A DNA stretch of 54,204 nucleotides from an uncultured Ignavibacteriales bacterium (GTDB lineage Bacteria; Zixibacteria; MSB-5A5; GN15; JAAZOE01): positions 1-54,204 of the forward strand of contig CAZSYD010000014.1 of assembly GCA_964611355.1 (NCBI GenBank), read 5' to 3'. Both the position numbers and the translations under genes were made by a program. Below are positions 43,654-52,668 of this stretch, piece by piece. The notes beneath the pieces were generated by a model that saw only the letters and a program-made list of their open reading frames with translations, was not told where the DNA came from and ran no database searches. Position 1 is the first letter of the stretch, and each line of letters starts with the position of its first letter.

Positions 43654-45057
43654 ATGAAATCACCGGTTACAGTTTCTCTTGCGATAATATTGTTTGCCGT
43701 TTCGACCCTGTCGGCCCTGGCGGGCACACAATACCAGGAACAAATATACCAGGCCCGCGACCGGGTGCTGCCGGCTTTGATTCATATCCAGCCGGTCGTT
43801 TTCGATTACCTGACCGGCCGGGAAAAGAAGCTTTCGGTGGTTGGGTCAGGGGTAATAATTTCCACCGACGGTTATGCCGTGACCAACTATCATGTTGCCG
43901 GGCGGGCCGAAAGAATCATTTGTACTCTTCATGACCGGGAACAGGTCCCGGCCGAACTTATCGGCGGCGATCCGGCGACCGATCTGGCCGTTATAAAACT
44001 CGATATCTCGGAATACAAAGGCAGTTTGATAGCCGCAAAATTGGGCCGATCCGAAGATCTCCAGGTAGGGCAGACGGTTCTTGCCATGGGTTCGCCGCTG
44101 GCTCTTTCGCGGTCGGTATCGATGGGTGTTATCTCGACCGTCAACCGGTTCTTTCCTGGAGATATCCGGCTGCCCTCGGGCGAGAAAACCGGGCAGTATA
44201 ACACGTGGCTGCAAACCGACGCCGCCATCAACCCCGGCAATTCGGGCGGGCCGCTGGTCAATCTGAAAGGCGAAGTCGTCGGCATAAATACACGGGGAGT
44301 CTTTTTCGCCGAAAATATAGGCTTCTCAATCCCCGTAGATGTCGTTAAAGAAATTACCGGGAAGCTGATCAAAAACGGAAAAGTCGAACGCAGTTGGATC
44401 GGCGTGCACGCTCAGCCGTTGCAGGACCTGGAATCGTTTTTCGGCGCCGAAACCGATCGCGGCGTGCTGGTGGCCTCCATTGATCCCGGCTCCCCGGCCG
44501 AAGCGGCCGGACTCCGCGCCGGAGAGATTATCCTCAGCTTTAACGGCACTGAAGTTTCCGCCCGGTTTGAAGAAGAACTGCCCCATTTCTATCAGTTGAT
44601 TGCTTCCGCGACGGTCGGCAGAAAAGTGGAAATGGTAACTTTTGCGGACGGAAAAGAAAAGCGCAGCAAAATTACGCCCCGCCTGCTGGGCGATCTGCTG
44701 GGCCGCGACTTTGATTTCGATAAATGGAAATTCACGGGGAAATCAATCACCAATCAAATGGCGATTGACGACCGCCTGAAGGATACTCTCGGCGTTTATG
44801 TTACGCAGGCCAAATCGCCGGGACCGGCTTACAAGGGTGGTCTGCGCCGTGGCGATGTCATCGGAAAGATAAACAACCGGACAGTCAACAACATGGAAGA
44901 TTTGAAATCGCTTTACGACTCACTGATCGATGAAAAAAAGGTCCTTCTCACCGTCAACCGCCAGGACGAAATTCGTTACGTGCTGCTCAAGCTCGATATC
45001 GCCGAGCCGGATATGGATAGTTCAGGCCCTGAACAGAAAGAAGGTAACGATGAATAG
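43654..45057 (+). CDS. HtrA/DegP-family serine protease with PDZ domains
   Basis: Intact triad: TNYHV, TDLAVIK, INPGNSGGPL. Two PDZ domains. Signal peptide. Confidence 0.95.
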   Translation: MKSPVTVSLAIILFAVSTLSALAGTQYQEQIYQARDRVLPALIHIQPVVFDYLTGREKKLSVVGSGVIISTDGYAVTNYHVAGRAERIICTLHDREQVPAELIGGDPATDLAVIKLDISEYKGSLIAAKLGRSEDLQVGQTVLAMGSPLALSRSVSMGVISTVNRFFPGDIRLPSGEKTGQYNTWLQTDAAINPGNSGGPLVNLKGEVVGINTRGVFFAENIGFSIPVDVVKEITGKLIKNGKVERSWIGVHAQPLQDLESFFGAETDRGVLVASIDPGSPAEAAGLRAGEIILSFNGTEVSARFEEELPHFYQLIASATVGRKVEMVTFADGKEKRSKITPRLLGDLLGRDFDFDKWKFTGKSITNQMAIDDRLKDTLGVYVTQAKSPGPAYKGGLRRGDVIGKINNRTVNNMEDLKSLYDSLIDEKKVLLTVNRQDEIRYVLLKLDIAEPDMDSSGPEQKEGNDE

Positions 45058-46471
45058 ATTCGTACTCGTCACTTTCACATTCGCCGCGTTGTGGGCCGCT
45101 TCCGCTGCGTCAGGAGAAGATAAATCGATAGCCGACCAACAGAAGATTTACGAAAAAATCGACCGGGCGCTGGTAACGGTTGAGTACAATGCCAAAATGA
45201 CCTTTATGGGTCAGAGCGAAGATATTGAAGGACGGGTTATGGGAATTTACACCGGCCCGGACGGGATGATTATATTTGACGGCGCTACCCTCGGGACCGG
45301 ACTCGGCATCGGCGACGAATCTTTTGGCTCCCCCCGTGTCGAAAAACCCCGAACGCTGAAAGTAATCGACTACCGGGACAGGGAGTTCGAAGCAGAATTT
45401 ATCGGCGTCGATCAATACAGCTCCATCGCCTTCGGCCGCCTTCCCGATTCCGTCAGAGACGAAATTGAAACGGCGGATTTTGGAAAGACCGACCTGAAGC
45501 TGGGCGAGGAGGTTTTCGTTTTCTGGATGCTGCCGGAAAACTACCGGCCCCGCTTTCAAATGGCTCGGACTATCATCACCGGAATACTGGATAAACCGGA
45601 AAAACATTTTCTAACCGGCGAACTGACACAAGACTTTATTATGGCTCCGGTGGTAACCAAAGAGGGCCGGTTGGCCGGTATTATTACGCCGGTCGCCCAT
45701 TCGGGAGGATCTTATTCCCGTTACGACTATGGCACCATCTTCGGCAACCCGGTCGGCATCATGCCTCACGACCGGTTTATTGAGCTATTGGCCAAACCGC
45801 CTGCTCCGGGCGAATTCAAACGCGGATGGCTGGGCATTGCCCTGCAGGCACTCGACCCGGAGATCGCCGAGTTCTGGGGTATCGACGTGTCGGGCGGGAT
45901 CATCGTTTCGGACGTTATCCCTTACACGCCGGCGGAAAAAGCCGGTCTCAAAAAGGGCGACTTTCTCGTGGAACTGGACGGCGAGCCGCTTGATATCAAG
46001 AAAGACGCCAATTTGACTGTTTTTCAGAAAATGATCTCCGAGCGAGGAACCGGCTCCGAGTTGAACGTTACCGTTATCAGGCCCGAGGACGAAAAGGCCG
46101 AGACTTTGTATGTCTCGATAACTCTGGGCGAGACGCCGATTGCCCCCGGTGATGCGCCGACGTATGAAGACAAAAACTTCGATTTAACCGTGCGCGACAT
46201 GGTTTTCTCGGACTATAACGCCGACAACCTCGATCCTGACGAAATCAAGGGCGTTATAGTGGACAGACTGGAACCGGGCGGCTGGGCCGCCGTAGGAGGC
46301 CTTCGGCCGGGCGACATTATTACGACAATTAATGGTGGCGCCGTAAGTTCAGCCGATGAAAGCAGGGGAATTTTTACCGAAATCGAAAAAGGGAAAAAGC
46401 GCGAAGTGGTCTTTATGGTCTGGCGCAATCACAGAACCCAATTCGTAAACGTGAAAACGCATTGGAAATGA
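45050..46471 (+). CDS. HtrA-like PDZ protein with an inactive protease domain
   Basis: ATG 45050 overlaps the upstream stop. Signal peptide. Trypsin-like scaffold lacking His, Asp and Ser. RGWLGI PDZ1 and a second PDZ. Confidence 0.82.
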   Translation: MNRFVLVTFTFAALWAASAASGEDKSIADQQKIYEKIDRALVTVEYNAKMTFMGQSEDIEGRVMGIYTGPDGMIIFDGATLGTGLGIGDESFGSPRVEKPRTLKVIDYRDREFEAEFIGVDQYSSIAFGRLPDSVRDEIETADFGKTDLKLGEEVFVFWMLPENYRPRFQMARTIITGILDKPEKHFLTGELTQDFIMAPVVTKEGRLAGIITPVAHSGGSYSRYDYGTIFGNPVGIMPHDRFIELLAKPPAPGEFKRGWLGIALQALDPEIAEFWGIDVSGGIIVSDVIPYTPAEKAGLKKGDFLVELDGEPLDIKKDANLTVFQKMISERGTGSELNVTVIRPEDEKAETLYVSITLGETPIAPGDAPTYEDKNFDLTVRDMVFSDYNADNLDPDEIKGVIVDRLEPGGWAAVGGLRPGDIITTINGGAVSSADESRGIFTEIEKGKKREVVFMVWRNHRTQFVNVKTHWK

Positions 46472-46486
46472 TTTCCCCGTAAATAG

Positions 46487-46515
46487 ATAAAGGCGGGCAA
46501 AAAGCCCGCCTTTAT
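46487..46515. terminator. Bidirectional terminator between convergent genes
   Basis: ATAAAGGCGGGC-aaaaa-GCCCGCCTTTAT. Confidence 0.85.
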
Positions 46516-46520
46516 GTCTT

Positions 46521-47918
46521 TCAAAAGTTATATTTTACCCACAGGCGCATGTTGCGTCCCCCGTCGGTACGTGATGAGGAGTCGGAAGATAAATTCACGG
46601 AACTGCTGTTGTCGCCGCCGGAATCTCCATCCGCTGCCGATACGTTTTCTTCCCTGACGCTGATCGGAAAAAGTTGGGAGATATTGTAACCGATCAGAAA
46701 ACGTCCGATCATTTTGGTCAACCGTATTCGTGCCCGGCCAAAATCGATCCGCTCATACTTATCACTGTAGCGATCCATATCGTCAACGCCAAATATCATA
46801 AACGGCGGCATCCAGTCAACAAAGCGAAGCTCAGGATGTACCCGATAAAGATCAACCGTCGCGAAAAGCTCCGTCCCGGCAATAAAAGCGGTCTTTCCCC
46901 GACCCGAAAGACGCCAGAGGGAAACCTCGGCATTACCCTTGAAATTTCGTCGCAATCCCAATAAGTTCACGAGCGGATCGGTAAACGGCCAGCTTTCGAC
47001 ATGACCGGCAAACTCAGCTTTACCTTTCAGCCTTTCCAGTGCAAGGTACCAATTATGCGACCAGCGAGGCAATCCGGCGGCAAATTGCCACCGTTTACAC
47101 TCTCCCCGGAATTTGGCAATCTGCCCGAATCGTGTACTGTTTCGATAGAAATCCAGCCTGCCCGCCCCCTTGAAATCGCTGAACATCAGTTGGAGATAAG
47201 CCTTGTCTGTTTTTCCAAGAATAATCCCCTGATGGCGATATTCAGCCGAACCGAATATTTGGGAATTGAATCGCTGATCCGGTTCCGATTCGGTTTCGTC
47301 AAACTCCAGGTCCTTATAACCCGCCAACACGGCGACATTTTCAAAAATTTCCAATCGTCCCGACAAGCCGCTGACGGTTCGATCGGTACGGAAAGAAACC
47401 GATATAGGCTCGCCCCAAAAAATACCATCCAGATCAAACATCTCTCCGGTATGTCCGGTATGCAGGTCCAAATCGACAAAACCAAAAAGCCGCGCCGCCA
47501 GCCTGGAATCATAGACCGGAAGGGTCTTGTCGCCATGGCGCGCCAGCCCTGAGTTGGTAACAAGAGTAACTTTATCTCCCCATAACGGCAGGGATATACC
47601 GATTCGCGCAATTTCATTCTTGCCGGTCAGTTTGAAATCGATATTGGTTAATGCCTGCTCGTGCAGCATAAAATCCCCGTGCATGTACTTCCATCGCATC
47701 GAGGCGCCTTCGAACGGCAACTTATCCAGCGCTCCCTCGAACTCCGATACGATCAGATGGGCGCGTTGCCTGTCAACGTCAAGCAGGTTATAGCGGTTAT
47801 GCGAGCTGTAAAAGCCTTCACCGCTCCAGAGGTCGCTTTGCAACGGCTCCATTGCTTTCGATATGGGAGCGGTTGCAGGAAGCAAAGCCAGCAGCCATAT
47901 GATCGCCATGCGTTTCAT
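46521..47918 (-). CDS. Putative outer-membrane beta-barrel protein
   Basis: Signal peptide, amphipathic strands, C-terminal LWVKYNF. Confidence 0.7.
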   Translation of the reverse strand: MKRMAIIWLLALLPATAPISKAMEPLQSDLWSGEGFYSSHNRYNLLDVDRQRAHLIVSEFEGALDKLPFEGASMRWKYMHGDFMLHEQALTNIDFKLTGKNEIARIGISLPLWGDKVTLVTNSGLARHGDKTLPVYDSRLAARLFGFVDLDLHTGHTGEMFDLDGIFWGEPISVSFRTDRTVSGLSGRLEIFENVAVLAGYKDLEFDETESEPDQRFNSQIFGSAEYRHQGIILGKTDKAYLQLMFSDFKGAGRLDFYRNSTRFGQIAKFRGECKRWQFAAGLPRWSHNWYLALERLKGKAEFAGHVESWPFTDPLVNLLGLRRNFKGNAEVSLWRLSGRGKTAFIAGTELFATVDLYRVHPELRFVDWMPPFMIFGVDDMDRYSDKYERIDFGRARIRLTKMIGRFLIGYNISQLFPISVREENVSAADGDSGGDNSSSVNLSSDSSSRTDGGRNMRLWVKYNF

Positions 47919-47951
47919 CGTCTGATTCCCAAGTCGGTCACTCCGGGCCTT

Positions 47952-49310
47952 CTAAAAATGCATCCTCAGTTCTTCCTGCTTGGACCAACTATCTTCGGTT
48001 AATCCGAATAATTCCTTGAACTTGGCGTCGGTGTTTATATCGGGAAGAATACCATTGACGCCGGGATCAGGTATTACCCATTCGCCGAAACTGTTGGCTT
48101 CCCAGGTGATGGTAACGATAATTATCGTTTCATCAGCCTGATTCACTTCGGCGGTATAGAGCGGCAGAAGCGAAAATATGCCGTCTATCGGGTTGTCAAA
48201 CATTACGGCGGCATCAACCCTGACCGAATCTTCAAACCCATCATTGTTAAAATCCGCGTACACCCATTGAGGAATAGCCATATACCCTTCGACCGAATCC
48301 ACGATGTCGTGCGCATTATCGTACTCGCTCGACGACCAATCGGCTTTTATCAGGTCATTGGACTGATTTAGGTCGGTTGACTGTTCGGTCTCGAGGGCAT
48401 TGAGAGCGTTGTCAACCAAATCAACCGCATCCAGGAAAGCCGTTTTGGCCGTGGCCATGTGCGACGCGCCGTCGGCGTAAAGCGACATCCAATTGCTGTC
48501 CTGGTCGAGCATATAGACGATACCCGCCGAATCGTAACTCGGCAGATCCACGTCATAGGTAACCACGATATGAAAGAACGATTTGATGACATTAAGACCG
48601 GCGGCGAAAACAAGGAAATCAGCCCTGTCGATTTCAACAGAGTCGGATTCGGTTTCGCCCGTCATTTCCGGCGTTACCCAGAAAACATAGCCGGGGCTGG
48701 CAAGGATATTATCGAAATATCCGATGGCGGCATCAACGGCCGGGATGAATTCTTCCCTGACAACATCCTGTATCTCGGAAAACTGCGGCGGATCAGCCAT
48801 AGCCTTTGCCATGACGGCAAAATACGACTGGGCCAGGAAGTTCGATTCAATCCCGGACGAAGTTATCTCGGTCGGGAAACGAAGCATCTCACCTCGACCG
48901 GAGAACTTTGCCGGATTCGGGACATATCCCTTGAAAAACCACCAGTCATCCACGGCCGCTATCGTATCGATAAGAACATCTATGTCTTCACTGGCGCTGA
49001 GCGTTAATATGGAAGTCATTGCACAGCCAAAACTGGCCGCCGGGTCATTCGGATGGGCATTCAGGTAATCGGTAAAAATCTGGTGCAGCCCTGAAAAATC
49101 AAAATCGGCAGGACGAGCGTTTTCGTTTTCCGCCATCGTATCAATCATGGTTTCCATCAGGCTGGCCAGTTCCTGAAAGGCGGAATCAAGACCAGCTTCG
49201 GTCCCGTTACCGTTACCGCCGGTAACAGTGTCATCCTCGGTGCATCCATAAATGAGGAAAATGCCCATAATAAATAAAAGTAAACACCCCTTAAGAAATC
49301 TTGAATTCAT
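47952..49310 (-). CDS. Acidic lipoprotein of unknown function
   Basis: IYGC lipobox, Gly/Asn linker, very Asp/Glu-rich, DFNNDG Ca-binding-like loop. GGAGG RBS. Confidence 0.8.
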   Translation of the reverse strand: MNSRFLKGCLLLFIMGIFLIYGCTEDDTVTGGNGNGTEAGLDSAFQELASLMETMIDTMAENENARPADFDFSGLHQIFTDYLNAHPNDPAASFGCAMTSILTLSASEDIDVLIDTIAAVDDWWFFKGYVPNPAKFSGRGEMLRFPTEITSSGIESNFLAQSYFAVMAKAMADPPQFSEIQDVVREEFIPAVDAAIGYFDNILASPGYVFWVTPEMTGETESDSVEIDRADFLVFAAGLNVIKSFFHIVVTYDVDLPSYDSAGIVYMLDQDSNWMSLYADGASHMATAKTAFLDAVDLVDNALNALETEQSTDLNQSNDLIKADWSSSEYDNAHDIVDSVEGYMAIPQWVYADFNNDGFEDSVRVDAAVMFDNPIDGIFSLLPLYTAEVNQADETIIIVTITWEANSFGEWVIPDPGVNGILPDINTDAKFKELFGLTEDSWSKQEELRMHF

Positions 49311-49412
49311 AATATCCTCCTTTCCGGAGTAGAGGTTAGTCTCCGGGTTAGCTTATTACTGAATATACAAGAAACGTAATCTTGCCTTAAATATCTGTAA
49401 TGCCGTTTATAT

Positions 49413-49445
49413 AATCAAGTATTTCCGGCGGCATACCGTTTGCGC
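49413..49445 (+). promoter_or_regulatory. Putative sigma54 -24/-12 promoter
   Basis: CGGCATACCGTTTGCG (GG 49430-31, N10, GC 49442-43), preceded by IHF-like AATCAAGTATTT. Confidence 0.55.
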
Positions 49446-49526
49446 TATACCTTTCGCGGATAGACAGAAAGAAGGTCAATTCGTTAAGAGAACGACGATT
49501 GGAATGGAAATAAAAATCAGAAAGGA

Positions 49527-50375
49527 TTGATACCGATGAAAAACGTGATAAAAGGTTTCATCCTGAGTGCAATATTTTTCACTCTTTGCGCTCCGGTCAT
49601 AGGCGGAACCGCCTTCAACGGCGATATCAGCGTCGGCTCCGCCGAAGTCGCTCCCGGTCACCAGGTTATCATACCGGTTTATCTGAGCGGCAATGATATT
49701 GATATTATGGCATTGACGGTGCCCCTGCAACACAACAGCACCGATTTGTCGGTAGATTCGGTTTCCTTTGTCGGCACTCTGATAAAACCGGGTATGAGCC
49801 CCCTGGTCCAGATTGACAACCCCAACCAGTTCGTGAAGTTCACCTACTCTCCTACCAGCGGCCTGCCGCTTATTAACGAAGAAAGCGGTCTTCTGGCCAG
49901 CATTTATTTTTCGGCAGGAGCCTCATCGCCCGACCAGATGGTCTCAATCGATTCGGTTTGCCGGCTTGAATATGTCGGTCCCCCTCAACTATGGACCAGG
50001 GTAGAGATTGCCGACAGTTCCGGAAGCAGTATTTTCTTCCCGACGTTCACCGCCGGATACGTCCAAGTCAAGACCGCCACAGGCACCGACGATGGCGGCC
50101 TGGTCTTGCCGATGGCTCTGGAGTTAAAACAGAACTACCCAAATCCGTTTAATCCGACGACGACTATTTCGTTTTCCCTGCCGGAGCGGTCTCATGTCAC
50201 CCTGAAGGTTTACAATATCCTGGGGCAGGAAGCCGAGACTCTTATCGACGATGTCCTGAATCCGGGAGAGCACGATATTGTCTGGAACCCCTGTAATAAT
50301 GCCTCAGGTGTTTACTTCTATCGTCTTGCTTACAAAAACAAGGTGCTGACCAAAAAAATGGCGCTTCTTAAGTAA
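49527..50375 (+). CDS. Secreted cohesin-like protein with C-terminal FlgD-Ig/T9SS-like domain
   Basis: Signal peptide. PGHQVIIPVYL..DSVSFVGT..GLLASIYF. C-terminal LKQNYPNPFNPTT..ASGVYFYRL..KKMALLK. Start may be ATG 49536. Confidence 0.82.
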   Translation: MIPMKNVIKGFILSAIFFTLCAPVIGGTAFNGDISVGSAEVAPGHQVIIPVYLSGNDIDIMALTVPLQHNSTDLSVDSVSFVGTLIKPGMSPLVQIDNPNQFVKFTYSPTSGLPLINEESGLLASIYFSAGASSPDQMVSIDSVCRLEYVGPPQLWTRVEIADSSGSSIFFPTFTAGYVQVKTATGTDDGGLVLPMALELKQNYPNPFNPTTTISFSLPERSHVTLKVYNILGQEAETLIDDVLNPGEHDIVWNPCNNASGVYFYRLAYKNKVLTKKMALLK

Positions 50376-50400
50376 AAAAATCGACACCGACTTCCGAAAG

Positions 50401-50442
50401 AATAGAGAGGGACAGGCGCTTGCCCACCCTCTCTATTTTTTT
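50401..50442 (+). terminator. Rho-independent terminator
   Basis: AATAGAGAGGG...CCCTCTCTATT followed by a T-tract. Confidence 0.75.
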
Positions 50443-50457
50443 ATTGGCAGGAGACCT

Positions 50458-52140
50458 ATGCCACAGCCGGAAGTTGCCAAAAAATCGGCGCCCACAATCG
50501 GCGATTATGAAATTCTGTCCAAAATCGGGCAGGGCGGGATCGCCGAGGTGTACAAAGCCAATCAGATATCTCTTCAACGTGAAGTCGCCATCAAGGTTCT
50601 CTCCCCTGAATATACCCATGATTCCGAAATCGTTAAACGATTCGAGCGAGAGTCGCTTCTTATTGCCCGCCTGAATCATCCCAATATTGTTCACGTGATA
50701 GATAAAGGTATCAAGGGCGGCCGCTACTACTTCGTCATGGAGTACGTCGACGGCGCCAATTTCAAGACCGTCATCAACAATCCCGATATCGACATCAAAG
50801 TCAAAATAGAAATGCTGATTATGGTCTGCAAGGCGCTTGATTTTGCCCATAAAAACGGCGTCGTCCATAGGGACATCAAGCCTGCCAATATCCTCGTCGA
50901 TCGTCAGGGTAATGCCCTGCTGGCCGATTTCGGCATCGCACAATTGCGCCGCAAAACTGACGTGGAGATGACCTCTTCCGATATAGTAATGGGCACCGTA
51001 GCGTATATGTCGCCGGAACAGAAATTCTCAGCCGCAGGGGTTTCCGGGGCCACGGATATCTACGCGCTTGGCATCATCCTTTACGAAATCTACTGCGGGC
51101 GAAAACCGGAGGGACGCTTCAAGCTCCCGTCCGAAATTAATCCCAAAGCATCCAGGGCAATAGATGAAATCATCGTTATGTGCCTATCGGAAAATCCCGG
51201 CGATCGGTTCCCGTCGGCCGCCGCCCTGAAGGATGCCCTGCTCAACGCCTTTTCCGGCCAGATATACACATCCGGACAGGCGGAAGCAACCATTGCCCGG
51301 GTCGAATCATTCATGGGAAAGTGCCGTTTCCTCGATACTATTCGTGAAGACCGGCACGGGGCCACCTATATGGTCGAAAACAAGGAAACCAACAAGCTAT
51401 ATATCATAAAGAAAAAATCAAAAGGCGAGGCCGGGCTCAAAGAAGCGCGTATCCTGGCCAGGTTGCGCCATAAGAACATCATAAGCATTCTGGGCGCCGG
51501 GGGCGACAATACCAAAACGGTTATCGTTACCGATTACGCTCAGGGCGGTTCCCTGGCCGATCGTCTCGCCAGGAATTATTCCTGGAAAGAGGCGATGAAT
51601 GTCGCTATACAAATCGCCGAAGGTTTGGATTTCGCCTATAAAAACAACATTATTCACGGTAACCTGCGCCCCTCCAATATTCTCTTTGACCAGGATGAAG
51701 TGGTTAAGCTGACCGATTTCGGTCTGCCGCCTCATTACGCCACCCCGAAGGACTGGTTCACTCCGCCGGAAAGAAAAAGGACCAAACAGGGCGATATGTA
51801 CTCACTGGGCGTCATACTCTTTATGATGCTAACCAACAAAATCCCTCAACACGACCGCAACGACAACCCCTACCTGAATGAACTGGAAACAAGAGTTCCG
51901 AAAAAGGTTCGACAGATTCTCAGCAAGTTGCTCAGTATCCGCGCCATCCGGCGTTACCAGTCGATGGAAGAGATGCTGACGGAGTATTCCGAATTCCTGG
52001 AAGTCGAAAGCAAACCGAAAGTCAAAATTGGCGGGCCTCCGGAGACCAAAAAGAAAAATTACCTGCCAGCTATTATTATCGCCTCGGCAATCCTCATCGG
52101 CGTTCTGCTGGCCGTCTTCTGGGAAACATTGTTTAAATAA
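50458..52140 (+). CDS. Hanks-type Ser/Thr kinase with a second degenerate kinase domain and a C-terminal TM anchor
   Basis: Domain 1: GQGGIAEVY, VAIK, HRDIKPAN, DFG, YMSPE. Domain 2: HKNII, HGNLRPSN, DFG. Terminal hydrophobic helix. Confidence 0.92.
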   Translation: MPQPEVAKKSAPTIGDYEILSKIGQGGIAEVYKANQISLQREVAIKVLSPEYTHDSEIVKRFERESLLIARLNHPNIVHVIDKGIKGGRYYFVMEYVDGANFKTVINNPDIDIKVKIEMLIMVCKALDFAHKNGVVHRDIKPANILVDRQGNALLADFGIAQLRRKTDVEMTSSDIVMGTVAYMSPEQKFSAAGVSGATDIYALGIILYEIYCGRKPEGRFKLPSEINPKASRAIDEIIVMCLSENPGDRFPSAAALKDALLNAFSGQIYTSGQAEATIARVESFMGKCRFLDTIREDRHGATYMVENKETNKLYIIKKKSKGEAGLKEARILARLRHKNIISILGAGGDNTKTVIVTDYAQGGSLADRLARNYSWKEAMNVAIQIAEGLDFAYKNNIIHGNLRPSNILFDQDEVVKLTDFGLPPHYATPKDWFTPPERKRTKQGDMYSLGVILFMMLTNKIPQHDRNDNPYLNELETRVPKKVRQILSKLLSIRAIRRYQSMEEMLTEYSEFLEVESKPKVKIGGPPETKKKNYLPAIIIASAILIGVLLAVFWETLFK

Positions 52141-52237
52141 CCATCCGCTTTCCATTGCAGGCTCAAGCCGGGGAAAACGTATTTTTCTTGACAATCAGGG
52201 TAATAAGGCTATTTTGACACGCTGTAAGGATTTGTGC

Positions 52238-52314
52238 GTCCCCATCGTCCAGCCCGGTTAGGACTCCGGTTTTTCAAGCCGGCAACAGGGGTTCAAATCC
52301 CCTTGGGGACGCCA
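52238..52314 (+). tRNA. tRNA-Glu (anticodon TTC), CCA encoded
   Basis: GTCCCCA/TGGGGAC acceptor stem, CCGGT-TTTTCAA-GCCGG anticodon arm, AGGGG-TTCAAAT-CCCCT T arm, GCCA end. TTGACA-N16-TATTTT promoter upstream. Confidence 0.95.
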
Positions 52315-52668
52315 TTTTTATAATCGACTGTATTTCAATAGGTTACAAGGGCACCCTTTTGTCTATTTCGAAATCGTTTTCCATAAGTTGCTGCTTCTTC
52401 AAAAGAAGCATCTTTCACGATTTTACAAATTCTATAACTTCCGGAAGATAAAAGTATTGTTGTCCTGCCCCTTGGGCTGTTTGGCTTTATACCCAAATTG
52501 GCGATTCAGTTATTAAAGAATAAGAAACTTTATAACCGTTGTCTCCATTTCAATTTCTGCTAATAATCTCGATGAGAATGATATTTGCACTGATGGTTTT
52601 AATATGCCATATTTCAACCGAGACCTTACAAGTCCATCACTACAAATAGTTACATGGAGGAGACTATC

